A DNA stretch of 64,000 nucleotides from an uncultured Acidimicrobiales bacterium (GCA_963697385.1 CAVONU010000006.1:13424-77423), one strand, 5' to 3'. Counted from the stretch's first letter, positions 1 through 10,201 are shown. Notes: generated by a model not told the origin, from the sequence alone. Program-made: numbers and translations.

Positions 1-333
1 ACGGTGCTGGCCCTCGACGCCGCGACCGTCGCCGCTGCCCAGACCGACATCTCGTCGGCGGCTGGCGAGGCCGTCGGCATGGTCCTGCCCCCCTGGTTTG
101 GCAGTGGACGCACCTGCCGCGAGGTCATCGACGAGGCTGGGCTCGACGAAATCGAGGACGAACTCGCCTACTTCGCGCTGCTCGGCTACTGGTTCCTGGA
201 GGGCCGCCCTGCCCTGATGGATATGGACGAAGACGGCGTACCTTGCGAAACACTGTTCTCACCGGGCGTGGTTGACGCCGTCTGGGCGGGTGGGCTGATC
301 GGGCCCATCGGAGAGATCAGCCCGGCCGGCTAG
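1..333 (+). CDS. hypothetical protein, 3' part (frame open from the window start)
   Basis: Frame open from base 1 to TAG at 331-333; acidic, globular-looking sequence; no family recognised. Confidence 0.5.
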   Translation, partial: TVLALDAATVAAAQTDISSAAGEAVGMVLPPWFGSGRTCREVIDEAGLDEIEDELAYFALLGYWFLEGRPALMDMDEDGVPCETLFSPGVVDAVWAGGLIGPIGEISPAG

Positions 334-746
334 GCGACGAGCGAGTCGGTGCGCCCGCAGAACCGCCGCACAGCCCATCATCAGGGCCAACCACGAACGC
401 GCCGCGCGGCAGGCCAGCGATCCGGATCAGTGGTGGACGCGAGCAGAACGAGTCCGGTGAGAAGCAGGCCGAAGAACACGACGCCGCGACAGCGGTCTTT
501 CGATAGTGTCGGTGGGCCTCCCACCCCCCGCTATGTTGACAGGCGTCTACATCGTCTGCCGCCGGAGTCCCCGTTGAGCGCCAGCCACCGGATCGCGAGC
601 CACCCATCCTTGAACCGGCCGCCGCCGGCCCGTTCGATGAGGACGCCGGAGATGTCCGTCGCGGGGGCTGCCGGTCACCACCGCCGGCTCGGCGCCCTCG
701 CCCAGAGTTCGTCCACCGCAACGGTGCTCGGCGCGGCGGATCACTG

Positions 747-2252
747 ATGGCCTCGGTCGAGCGGGAGATCAAGCTGGATTTTGATGCGGGGCTGGTGATT
801 CCGGATCTGGGCGAGACCGCTGGCGCCGGTGGTGGCTCGGTCACGGTATTGCCCGAGCGCCAGCTCGACACCGAGTATTTCGACACGGGGGACAAGCTGC
901 GCCTGACCCGTTGGGGGTGCAGTTTGCGGCACCGGTCCGATGAGGGGTGGATGGTGAAACTCCCTGCGCCCACCGGGCACGACGGCTCGGGAGTTCTGCT
1001 GCGCACCGAGGTCCTGATCGCCGACGATGGATCGTCGCCCCCAGCGCTCGCGAGCCGCCTGGTCGGCCCCTTCGCCCGCGGCGAGGCGCTCGTCACGGTT
1101 GCCCGTCTCCATACCACCCGACAGCCGGTCCTCCTGCTCGATGCGGACGGCCACCCCGTCGCAGAACTCGTGGAAGACGACGTCCGCGTCGAGGTGCCGG
1201 GGCAGCCTGCGTGGAACTTCAAGATGGTCGAGATCGAGCTCGCAGAGGGACGCACGACGAACGACGTCGCTTCCATCCTCGAGTGCTACGAGCAGGCGGG
1301 CGGGCGGCTCACGCTTCAATCCAAGCTGTCACGTGCGCTCGGCGCGTCCGCCGAGTCCCCTCCGGACTTGGTGATTCCTCCCGTGAGCGGCTCTCCCACG
1401 GCGAGGGAGGTGATCCACGCTGCGATCGCCCGATCGGTCGAATCACATCTCCTGAATCTTCCGATCGCACGGGTCGGCGAGGGAACCGAAGGTGTTCATC
1501 AGGCCCGGGTGGCATTGCGGCGCCTTCGGTCTGATCTGCGGACCTTCGGTCCGCTTCTCGATCCGATCTGGGTCGCCGACGTCTCCGACGAGGTTCGATG
1601 GTTCGGAGACCGGCTGGGCGAAGTCCGCGACGCCGACGTCCGCATCGAGGTCCTGACCCACGTGATCGACGACGAGCCCGATATCGATGAGGACGACACG
1701 AAGGCGTTGCTCGAGCACTTGCGGGTCGAGCGGAACCAAGCGCATGCCCGCCTCATCGAAGCGCTCGACAGCCCCCGGTGCACCGAACTCCTCGACCACC
1801 TGGTCGCCGCAGCCGACGACCCGCGAACGGCCCCTCAGGCTGATGACCCCGCCGAGGAGACCATCCCGGCGCTGGTCGATCGGCCATGGCGCAAGCTCCG
1901 CAAGGCTGTGGCACGGCTCGGCCCGGAACCGAGCCATAGGGACATCCATCGCATCAGAATCAAGTCGAAACGATGCCGGTATGCAGCGGAGGCAGTCGAG
2001 CCGGTGATGGGCAAGCCCGCCCGCCGGTTGGCGAAGGCGATGAAGCAGATCCAGAACTCGTTGGGGGACCTCAACGACGCCATCGTCATCAGAGCTCACC
2101 TGGCCACCACGGCAAGCCAACATCCAGAACTTGCGTTCGCGGCCGGGGAACTGGCCGGCCTGCTCGTCGCTCGCGCCGGCCACTGCGAGGCCGACTTTCG
2201 AAAGCAGTGGAAGCGGACCGACCGATCCGACCTCACCACCAGGCGCCGCTGA
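747..2252 (+). CDS. CYTH + CHAD domain protein (polyphosphate-binding)
   Basis: N-terminal EREIK (ExExK CYTH motif). C-terminal helical CHAD motifs HQARVALRRLRS, LGEVRDADV, HRIRIKSKRCRY, LGDLNDA. Confidence 0.9.
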   Translation: MASVEREIKLDFDAGLVIPDLGETAGAGGGSVTVLPERQLDTEYFDTGDKLRLTRWGCSLRHRSDEGWMVKLPAPTGHDGSGVLLRTEVLIADDGSSPPALASRLVGPFARGEALVTVARLHTTRQPVLLLDADGHPVAELVEDDVRVEVPGQPAWNFKMVEIELAEGRTTNDVASILECYEQAGGRLTLQSKLSRALGASAESPPDLVIPPVSGSPTAREVIHAAIARSVESHLLNLPIARVGEGTEGVHQARVALRRLRSDLRTFGPLLDPIWVADVSDEVRWFGDRLGEVRDADVRIEVLTHVIDDEPDIDEDDTKALLEHLRVERNQAHARLIEALDSPRCTELLDHLVAAADDPRTAPQADDPAEETIPALVDRPWRKLRKAVARLGPEPSHRDIHRIRIKSKRCRYAAEAVEPVMGKPARRLAKAMKQIQNSLGDLNDAIVIRAHLATTASQHPELAFAAGELAGLLVARAGHCEADFRKQWKRTDRSDLTTRRR

Positions 2253-2998
2253 TGAAGGTCATCGCACTGGCGAGCATCAAGGGTGGTGTCGGCAAGACAA
2301 CGACCGCGGTCAATCTTGCACAACTCGCGGCCGAAGCCGGCCACCGCACCCTTCTCTGGGACCTCGATCCCCAAGGTGCTGCAACCCACATCCTGCGGGT
2401 CGGGGAGCGCGTCCCAGGGGGTGGGAGGAGGATGGTGAGGAAACGCCGCCGCATGAGCGAATCGATCGTCCACACGATCCACCCAGGGCTCGACGTCGTG
2501 CCCGCTGACTTCTCACTCCGCTACCTCGACCTCGAACTCGCCGACCTCGCCAAGCCGAGAGCGCAGATCACGAGAATCCTCGAACGAGTCGAAGATCGCT
2601 TCGACTCGGTGTTCCTCGACTGCCCTCCGGGTATCACGCTGACGATCGACACGGCGCTACGAGCGACCGACACCGTCTTGGTCCCGATCATTCCAGCGGC
2701 ACTGCCCCTACGGAGCTTCGACCAACTGACGGCCTACCTCCGAGCCGACAGGAAACTCCGCAACGTCCAAGCCCTCGCGTTCCTCTCGATGGTCGACCGA
2801 CGCAAGAAGCGGCACCGAGAGCTGTCCGAACGCCTCCCGCTCGAGCGCGAGCCCGTTCTCGACCAGTCGATTCCCGCCTCCGTCCACATCGAGACCATGG
2901 CCGATTACCGCTCCCCGGTCACCGTCGAACGACCCAAGACCGCCGCCGCCGCCACCTACCGAGCGCTCTATGACGAACTCCAGACGCGAATGGGGTGA
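2252..2998 (+). CDS. ParA/MinD-family ATPase (orphan, no parB)
   Basis: ATG at 2252 overlaps the CHAD stop (TGATG). Deviant Walker A KGGVGKTT, DLDPQG, DCPPG. The ORF-track start at 1973 is an in-frame extension. Confidence 0.9.
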   Translation: MKVIALASIKGGVGKTTTAVNLAQLAAEAGHRTLLWDLDPQGAATHILRVGERVPGGGRRMVRKRRRMSESIVHTIHPGLDVVPADFSLRYLDLELADLAKPRAQITRILERVEDRFDSVFLDCPPGITLTIDTALRATDTVLVPIIPAALPLRSFDQLTAYLRADRKLRNVQALAFLSMVDRRKKRHRELSERLPLEREPVLDQSIPASVHIETMADYRSPVTVERPKTAAAATYRALYDELQTRMG

Positions 2999-3095
2999 AT
3001 CCCCGTTTGTGTCCGCCAGACCCGCGAGCGTGAGTGCCCCGAAGACCGATCCGCGCCCAGGGTCCAGCCGATTGGTCGGCTCGGAGGGCGCCTGC

Positions 3096-5861
3096 TCAGG
3101 CACCGACTGCGGCTGGTTCTGCTCCCACCACCTCTGAGTGCGACGCCCTGTCGAGGCGGCGGATCTGCCTGGCGTTGTCGACGGCGACGACCAGCGGCGA
3201 GACGAGTGACAACCCGATGACGAGAACCCATTGGGCGCCGGTGAGCGGAACGGTGTCGAGCAACCGTTGGAGCATGTTCAGCTCGACCGCCGCCCATGTG
3301 AGCGTCCATCCGAGCATGATCCAGCCGAGGAACGGGAACACGGGCGAGGACCACGGAACCTCCCGCTCGCGCCGCATGACGAGCCCCATGTTGACCGCAC
3401 TCAGGGCGACGACAGCGAAGGCCATCGTCATCGCTACCGAGGGGTCGGTGGTACTCGGCTCGTCGGGCCCCCAGGACAGGATGCCGAGGGCGAGTCCGGC
3501 GATGATGAAACCGCTGATCGCCCAGCGCACCGTCTGAGCTCTCGTGGCGATCTTCGAACCGGGCGTACGCGGCGGGCGCTGCATGACCCCGGGATCGGGC
3601 ACGTCGACGATGAACCCGACGACCACGGTCGCCACGACGAAGAACTTGGCGAACAGCAGCTGCATCGGGAAGAGCGCGACACCGCCGTTGATGTCGAACA
3701 CCGTGGCGAGCAGCATCAGCTGCAGCACCGAGGACAGGATCGTCAACTGCAACTTCACATAGGACGAGATCCGGCGGTAGATGTCGCGGCCGAGATCGAC
3801 GGCGTGGATGAGCGTGCCGAAGTTGTCGTCGGTGAGGATCAGCTTGCCGGCCTGCTTCGTCACCTCCGAACCGCTCCCCATCGCAACCCCGACGTCAGCC
3901 TGTTTCAACGCGGCAGCGTCGTTCACCGCATCGCCGGTCATCGCCACGACCTCGCCGGCCTCCTGCATCAGGCGGGCGAGGCGAACCTTGTCCTCGGGAG
4001 CAACTCGACCGAAGACATGCAGCTGCGGGAGCTGTTCAATCACCTCGTCGTCGCTGAGGTGCGAGAGGTCGGCGCCCGTGATCACCCCAGGGCCGAGCCC
4101 CAGTTCGTCGGCGATGGCCCGAGCGGTCACGGTGTGGTCGCCGGTGATCATGCGGACGTCGATCCCGGCGACGCTGGCGACGCGAACGGCCTCGACGGCC
4201 TCGGCGCGCAACGGGTCGATGATGCCCACGAGCGACACCAACATCAATTCCTCGACGGCTGCCATCGGGTCGTCGAGCGCTGCGGTCATCGTGTCGTCCG
4301 GCAGGTCACGGGCAGCGAAAGCGAGCACCCGCAAGCCGCGCTCGGACAGTTCCCGGTTGGCGCCCAGGATCTCCTCGCGCACCTGTCCCATCGGGATCCG
4401 CTCGCCGTGCCAGAGGGCCGTCGTGCATCGATCGATGACGACGTCCGGCGCACCCTTCACACTGGCGAAGTGGGGTTCGTGGAGGAGGCCTCCGGAGAAC
4501 GAGTCGGGGCGGTCGTGGAACGTCGCCATGAACTTGTATTCGGAATCGAACGGCACCATGCCCCGCCGCGGGAGGGTCCGGCGGGTCTCCTCGGCGTCCA
4601 CGCCGACCTTGGCGGCCAGGACGACGAGAGCCGCCTCGGTCGGGTCGCCGATGATCGACTCGTCGTCGGCCACCGTGGCATCGCTGCACAGGGCCAGACC
4701 CAGGCCCAGCCGAGTGAAGTCCGGCGCGGTCGCACCGGCAGCGCCCAGGATGGCACCCGTCTTCCGGTAGCCACCTCCCTCGATCTTGTACCAGTCGCCA
4801 CCGGTGAGCATCGTCGTCGCCGTCATGGCGTTCATCGTCAGCGTCCCGGTCTTGTCGCTGTTGATGACCGTCGTGCCACCGAGCGTCTCGACATCGGTGA
4901 GCGATTTGACCACCGCTTTGGCCTCGGCGAGCCGCTGGGCCCCCGACGACAGCATCAGTTGGACGAACGTCGGCAGGCCCGTGGGGATGGCGGAGATCGC
5001 GGTCGAGACACACAGCAGAATCAGCGTCTCGGACTCCTGATCGCGGGCGATACCGACGATCGCGATCACGGCGACGGCCGCCCAGGCGAGCACCCCGAAG
5101 ATCTTGGTCAGATCGTCGAGCTCGCGTTGCAGCGGCGACTTCGCGTGCTTGGTCGCCGTGACCATGTTGGCGATCCGGCCCATCTGCGTCGACTCGCCCG
5201 TGGCGACCACGACGACGAGCGCAGAGCCACGGGTGACCTGTGTGTTCTGAAAGACGAGGTTCGTCCGATCGCCGAGCGCCGTCTCGCCTGGGGGGAGCAC
5301 CGTCGCGTCCTTGGCGATCGGCGCGCTCTCGCCGGTGAGGGCCGCCTCCTGGATCTCCAGCGAAGCCGAGCTGACGATGCGCGCGTCGGCCGGAACGAGG
5401 TCACCGGCCTCGAGCAGCACGATGTCGCCGGGCACGAGGCCGGTCGAATCGACCTCTTCGACACCACCCGCCCGTCGAACCCGAGCCACGGGAACCTGGA
5501 GCTGAGCGAGCGCATCGACACTCGCCGCGGCCTTTCGCTCCTGGTTCGTCCCCATGATCACGTTGAACAGCACGAGCAGCATGACGATCGCACCCGTCGG
5601 GATCTGCCCGATCGAGAAGCTCGCAACGCTGACGATGAGCAGCATGATGTTCATCGGGTTGAGGAGTTGGCCCTTTGCCACTTCCCACAGGGTGGGCGGG
5701 GCTTCGGTGGCGACCTCGTTCGGTCCGTACTGCGCCAGACGCTGCCGGACCTCTTCGGGGTCGAGCCCTTGTTCAGCGCCGACGGTGAAACGGGACAACG
5801 CGTCGTCCGCTGACAGCGAGTACCAGGCAACCTCCTCGGTGGTCTGGTCGATCGTGGTCAT
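3096..5861 (-). CDS. P-type ATPase, P2-like architecture, non-canonical transport site
   Basis: TGES, DKTGTLT, KGAP, MITGD and GDAVND motifs; about 10 TM segments; M4 reads PTGLP instead of PEGLP. Confidence 0.95.
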   Translation of the reverse strand: MTTIDQTTEEVAWYSLSADDALSRFTVGAEQGLDPEEVRQRLAQYGPNEVATEAPPTLWEVAKGQLLNPMNIMLLIVSVASFSIGQIPTGAIVMLLVLFNVIMGTNQERKAAASVDALAQLQVPVARVRRAGGVEEVDSTGLVPGDIVLLEAGDLVPADARIVSSASLEIQEAALTGESAPIAKDATVLPPGETALGDRTNLVFQNTQVTRGSALVVVVATGESTQMGRIANMVTATKHAKSPLQRELDDLTKIFGVLAWAAVAVIAIVGIARDQESETLILLCVSTAISAIPTGLPTFVQLMLSSGAQRLAEAKAVVKSLTDVETLGGTTVINSDKTGTLTMNAMTATTMLTGGDWYKIEGGGYRKTGAILGAAGATAPDFTRLGLGLALCSDATVADDESIIGDPTEAALVVLAAKVGVDAEETRRTLPRRGMVPFDSEYKFMATFHDRPDSFSGGLLHEPHFASVKGAPDVVIDRCTTALWHGERIPMGQVREEILGANRELSERGLRVLAFAARDLPDDTMTAALDDPMAAVEELMLVSLVGIIDPLRAEAVEAVRVASVAGIDVRMITGDHTVTARAIADELGLGPGVITGADLSHLSDDEVIEQLPQLHVFGRVAPEDKVRLARLMQEAGEVVAMTGDAVNDAAALKQADVGVAMGSGSEVTKQAGKLILTDDNFGTLIHAVDLGRDIYRRISSYVKLQLTILSSVLQLMLLATVFDINGGVALFPMQLLFAKFFVVATVVVGFIVDVPDPGVMQRPPRTPGSKIATRAQTVRWAISGFIIAGLALGILSWGPDEPSTTDPSVAMTMAFAVVALSAVNMGLVMRREREVPWSSPVFPFLGWIMLGWTLTWAAVELNMLQRLLDTVPLTGAQWVLVIGLSLVSPLVVAVDNARQIRRLDRASHSEVVGAEPAAVGA

Positions 5862-5905
5862 CCCTGATTCCTTCTCCGGGTCGTCGGCTCACACATGCTT
5901 CCTGC

Positions 5906-6763
5906 TCAGTACGGCTCGGGGATGTGACGCAGCGGAAGACTGGGCTCGCTGTAGTCTCCGGCCCGCTGGCGCCGCGGCAGTTTGATCTCTCGAGACTCAG
6001 GTTTCTCGTAGGGGACCTGCGAGAGCAGGTGGGAAATGATGTTGAGCCGGCCGCGCTTCTTGTCGTCGGTATGGGCGATGAACCACGGCGCCCAAGCGGT
6101 GTCGGTCGTGGCCAACATCGCGTCACGGGCCCTCGAGTAGTCATACCACCGGCTGTAGGACTTCAGATCCATGTCGGACAGCTTCCAGATCTTCCGAGGA
6201 TCTTCCATCCGGTTCTTGAGCCGGCGGGTCTGCTCCTTCGAGCTGACCTCGAGCCAGTACTTGATGAGCAGGATGCCCGAGTCGACCATGGCCCGCTCAA
6301 CGGTCGGGACCTGCTCGAGGAACCGGTCGGTCTGGTCCTGAGTGCAGAACCCCATCACCGGCTCGACACCGGCACGGTTGTACCAACTGCGGTCGAAGAT
6401 CACGACCTCCCCCGCCGCGGGGAAATGTGACATGTACCGCTGGACGTACATCTGGGTCTTCTCGCGCTCGGTCGGCGCCGGAAGAGCGACGACGCGGAAG
6501 ACACGCGGGCTCACGCGTTCGACGATCCGCTTGATGGTTCCACCCTTGCCGGCGGTGTCGCGCCCCTCGAACACGATGCAGATCTTGGCGCCGCTGGCCT
6601 TCACCCATTCCTGCATCGCGACCAACTCGCCATGGAGTTCACGCAATTCGGCTTCGTAGTGCTTCCGCTTCATCTTCGGCTTGACAGCACCGACCTCGTC
6701 GCCAGACGAATCACCTGGCGACGAGTCCATGTCCTTCTTGGGCTTCTTGGCCTTCTTGCCCAT
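5906..6763 (-). CDS. ppk2: polyphosphate kinase 2 (single domain)
   Basis: FEGRDTAGKGG, FDRSWYNRAG, lid region WKLSDMD. ATG at 6763 with GGAGGAG RBS. Confidence 0.93.
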   Translation of the reverse strand: MGKKAKKPKKDMDSSPGDSSGDEVGAVKPKMKRKHYEAELRELHGELVAMQEWVKASGAKICIVFEGRDTAGKGGTIKRIVERVSPRVFRVVALPAPTEREKTQMYVQRYMSHFPAAGEVVIFDRSWYNRAGVEPVMGFCTQDQTDRFLEQVPTVERAMVDSGILLIKYWLEVSSKEQTRRLKNRMEDPRKIWKLSDMDLKSYSRWYDYSRARDAMLATTDTAWAPWFIAHTDDKKRGRLNIISHLLSQVPYEKPESREIKLPRRQRAGDYSEPSLPLRHIPEPY

Positions 6764-6897
6764 TCTTCCGTCTCCTCCGGGGTTGGAAATGCCACGGGCG
6801 GTAGCTCTGGCGACGCGCTCCATGACCGGTGGCCCAGCGGACACCATCCGCCGTGCCTGGCTGACCCGAAGATTATGCGGAGCGAGCACTCCCTCCA

Positions 6898-6914
6898 TCA
6901 TCCGCGGCGGGTGA
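6898..6914. promoter_or_regulatory. 17-bp palindrome TCATCC-N5-GGGTGA in the ppk2/DAGK divergent region
   Basis: TCATCCGCGGCGGGTGA. Related sites at 6946-6962, 9901-9917 and 16052-16068. Confidence 0.45.
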
Positions 6915-7071
6915 TCCCTGCGCGTCTCCGGTCGATTTGTCATGATCACCCCGTGCGGGGGATGACACCGAGCCCGTCTTCGTGCTCCGATGTACGAGAA
7001 GGCCGATGCTCCGACCACGAAGCGGGCCGGCGGACACGTCTCCTGCGGGGCGACGAGAGCAGGAGAAGAGG

Positions 7072-8463
7072 GTGAACGACGTGCCACATGACGGGTCCGA
7101 GGGCGCACCGGCAGGGGCGAGGAGCCCCGGTCGGAGACTGGCGGCGATCGGCGCGCTGGTCCTGGCCGGGACAACGGCGGTGGTCGCGGCGGTCGGCGTG
7201 TCGGGCCAGTTGTGGCGCGTGCTGCTGGTTCCGGTCCTACTGCTCGTCGTCACGGGCGCCGGCTGGGTGGCGGCCACCCGCACGGGAGTGGCTCGGCTCG
7301 GCGCGACCGGCATCGCTGCCGTCGGCGCGGCGGCCATCGCAGCGCTCGCGCTCACGGGCGAGACGAGTGGCCTGCTTCTCGTGGTGTTCGTGGTGTTGGT
7401 GGCAGCGTCCATTGCGCTGTGTCGGTATGCACTGGCCGGGATGCACGCGGAGGTCGCGTTCGAGACCCGCGCGGGTGGCACGTCGGTGAGGCGGGCGCTC
7501 CGCGGCGCGCTGATCATGAACCCGAAGTCCGGTGGTGGGAAGGCAGTGCGCTTCCACCTCGAGGACGAAGCGAACAAGCGGGGGATCGAGCCGATCGTGC
7601 TCAGTCCCGGCGATGATCTGGTTCAACTGGCGCGGGATGCGATCGACCGGGGCGTCGACGTCATCGGCGTGGCCGGTGGCGACGGGACCCAGGCGCTCGT
7701 GGCCTCGATCGCCATGACCGCGGACGTCGCCGTCGTCTGCGTTCCCGCCGGCACGCGCAACCACTTCGCGCTCGACCTCGGTCTCGACCGTGACGACGTC
7801 GTCGGTGCGCTCGATGCGTTCGGCGAGGCGATCGAGCATCGGATCGACCTGGCAACGGTCGGTGATCGAGTCTTCGTCAACAACGTGTCCCTCGGCGTCT
7901 ACGCCAAGATCGTGCAGTCGCCCGAGTACCGCGACGCGAAACGGCAGACCACGGCCAAGATGCTCCCCGAACTACTCGGCCCCGATGCCGCACCGTTCGA
8001 CCTGCGCTTCACCTCACCCGACGGTGTCGCCCATGGAGGTGCCCAGATCGTGCTCGTCTCGAACAACCCCTACACGTTCTCCGCCCTCGGTGGATTCGGG
8101 ACCCGGGCTCGGATCGACGGTGGGGAACTCGGCGTGAGCACGGCGGAGGTGCATGGTGGCGGTGAGGCGGCGGAGGCGGCCGCAGCCATCATGGCGGGCC
8201 GTCCCGACCGATTCCGGGGGTGGTCGGAGTGGGCCGCCCCCGAGTTCGTCGTCGATTCCGGCCGTCAGATCGAAGCGGGTGTCGACGGGGAGGCGCTGCT
8301 GTTGGACCCACCCCTGGTGTTCCGGTCACTGCCGGGCGCCCTGCGGGTGCGGATCCCGACCCACGCCCCGGGTCTGGCGCCCGCGGCCCTCCGGTCGCCC
8401 TCGGTGTGGTGGAGCATCTCCGCGCTGTTCCGGGTCATCGCCGGCCGACCCGCCCCGGCCTGA
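7072..8463 (+). CDS. diacylglycerol/lipid kinase family protein with N-terminal TM segments
   Basis: NPKSGGGK, AGGDGT, PAGTRNHFA, FVNNVSLG, GVDGE. Four hydrophobic N-terminal helices. GTG at 7072 after AGGAG. Confidence 0.88.
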   Translation: MNDVPHDGSEGAPAGARSPGRRLAAIGALVLAGTTAVVAAVGVSGQLWRVLLVPVLLLVVTGAGWVAATRTGVARLGATGIAAVGAAAIAALALTGETSGLLLVVFVVLVAASIALCRYALAGMHAEVAFETRAGGTSVRRALRGALIMNPKSGGGKAVRFHLEDEANKRGIEPIVLSPGDDLVQLARDAIDRGVDVIGVAGGDGTQALVASIAMTADVAVVCVPAGTRNHFALDLGLDRDDVVGALDAFGEAIEHRIDLATVGDRVFVNNVSLGVYAKIVQSPEYRDAKRQTTAKMLPELLGPDAAPFDLRFTSPDGVAHGGAQIVLVSNNPYTFSALGGFGTRARIDGGELGVSTAEVHGGGEAAEAAAAIMAGRPDRFRGWSEWAAPEFVVDSGRQIEAGVDGEALLLDPPLVFRSLPGALRVRIPTHAPGLAPAALRSPSVWWSISALFRVIAGRPAPA

Positions 8464-8504
8464 CGCCGACCGATCCTGCGCCGATCCGAGATCGACCGGC
8501 GAGC

Positions 8505-9808
8505 TCAGATACCGGTGCTGTCGGGGCGGTCCCCGCCGGGGCCGTCCGCGTCGAGGCGGGCGATGTCGTCCAGAGCCGCGTCGACACTGGGATAGAAGTG
8601 ATCCCGATCTAGGGTCTCGTCCAGGCCGTACCGCGCCACCAGATCCTGCAGCCTGCCCCGCAATTCGACGAACGCCAGATGCACGCCGTGGGCGTTGAGC
8701 TCGAGGTCCAGCCGTTGCAGCATGTCCGCGGCGGTGACGTCGACATCGGTGATCGCCTCGCACTGCAACACCACCCATGTCGGGTTCCGTTCCTGCACGA
8801 GCCCGCGGACCTGTTCGAGGAAGATGCTCGCATTCGCGAAGAACAGGGGCGCCTCCCATCGGTAGACCACGACCCCGGGGACTTCGACGGTCTCGTCGGT
8901 CCTGTCGATGCTGCGCCAGCCCTCGACCTCATCGACCCGACCGAGTACCTCGCCGTGCGGCCACCAGCTCCGCCGGAAGAACAGCAGGATCGACAGGATG
9001 ACGGCGATCAGAATCCCCTGGAGCACCCCGAAGAGCACCACACCCACCGTCGCCACGATCGAAAGCATCAGGGCGCTGCGTCGCACCTTCGCGTAGCGGC
9101 GCAGCACCGCCACGTCCGTGAGTGACAACGCCGCCGCAATGACCACCGCTGCCAGCGCGGTCTGCGGCAGATCCGCGAGCAGCGAGTTGAACGCGATGAG
9201 AAGCAGAGCGACACCAGCAGAACCACGAGTACGGCCGTGCCCAGCACCAAGGACGTCCGGTTGGTGTCGGACAGGCCCTTCAGGAACTGTCGGACCTCGT
9301 CGACGAAGCCGTCGGCGTCGGTGGAGAAGCCGAACAGCTTGGGAAGCTGGCCAACGATGATGGTGATGGCCAGGCCGTTCATGTAGCCGACCTGGACCTC
9401 CTTGGAGAGGAGGCCGGCGACGAACCCCAACTTGCCGAGCCCCAACCCGATCTCGATCAGCCCGACGAGGACGGCAAGCATCCCGGCAAGAGCGATGGCC
9501 TTTCCCGGGTCGTCGCCGGCCACGAGCAACGGCGTGATCGCGACGAAGATCAGCGGGGAGATGGACGAGTCCGGCCCCAGCACGAGGACTCGGGACGGCC
9601 CGAAGATCGCGTAGCCGACCAGGCAGGCGATCGTCGTGTAGAGACCGGTGACCGCCGGCAGGCCGGCCAACTCCGCGTAGGCCATTCCCTGCGGGACGAG
9701 AATCGCCGCCAGGACGACTCCCGCGACCACGTCAGGTCGCAGCCACTCCGCCTGGTAGCCGCGAACGAGCCGGATTCCCGGTACCCAGCGCCGCACCAGA
9801 GTCGACAT
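8505..9808 (-). pseudogene. sulP: SulP/SLC26 anion transporter with internal deletion and frameshift
   Basis: N-half (LVPQGMAYAELAG, GPDSS) starts at ATG 9808 and changes frame near 9215 into ALLLIAFNSLLADLP...STAS domain. About 140 codons are missing relative to the intact paralog at 41572. Confidence 0.8.
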
Positions 9809-9900
9809 GCCAGCTTCCTCCGACGGCACCACGCGGTCCCCTCTTCCGACAGAACGCCGGATTCGTCCAACCAGCATGCATGGCTACCCGAGCCGGCGAA

Positions 9901-9917
9901 TCACCCGACGGGGGTGA
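9901..9917. promoter_or_regulatory. 17-bp palindrome TCACCC-N5-GGGTGA upstream of sulP
   Basis: TCACCCGACGGGGGTGA, about 93 bp upstream of the sulP ATG. Confidence 0.45.
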
Positions 9918-10201
9918 GAACCCGCGGATCCCGGCCATCATGATCCATGAGGGGTCCCCGCGCGACGAAATCCCCAGCGGGCCCCGTCAGTCTGGTGGTC
10001 CTCGATGCGCTCGACGGTTTCGAGGTGTGCCCGTCGCAACCCGACCGGTCGCGGCCGGACCGCCCGTTCGCCTGTTCGCGGGACCGCTGACCACCGCGGC
10101 CGAGCCTCACCCAGGGTGAGCCGAGGTGGACCGGAATCAGCTGTCCGGTAGCGGAGCGTCCCGCTCGGCTCGAAGCGGCGTCGCACCGATGCGCCGGTTG
10201 A

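Noticed and set aside
334-746. ORFs in the gap before CYTH-CHAD (349-747, 547-744, and a short hydrophobic minus-strand stretch)
   Set aside because: No motifs, RBS or consistent reading frame; left unannotated.
2252-2998. ParA as evidence of a plasmid, prophage or ICE
   Set aside because: No parB/parS, rep, integrase or phage genes; coupled to CHAD in a chromosomal context.
3231-5813. 860-aa plus-strand ORF (likewise 10494-12752 minus, 43486-47727 plus, 60317-63523 plus and many shorter ORFs)
   Set aside because: Antisense or alternate-frame shadows of well-supported genes; Arg/Gly/His-rich with no motifs, as expected in high-GC DNA.
10107-10119. TCACCC-A-GGGTGA as another copy of the island palindrome
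   Set aside because: 1-bp rather than 5-bp spacer; more likely a short hairpin or chance.
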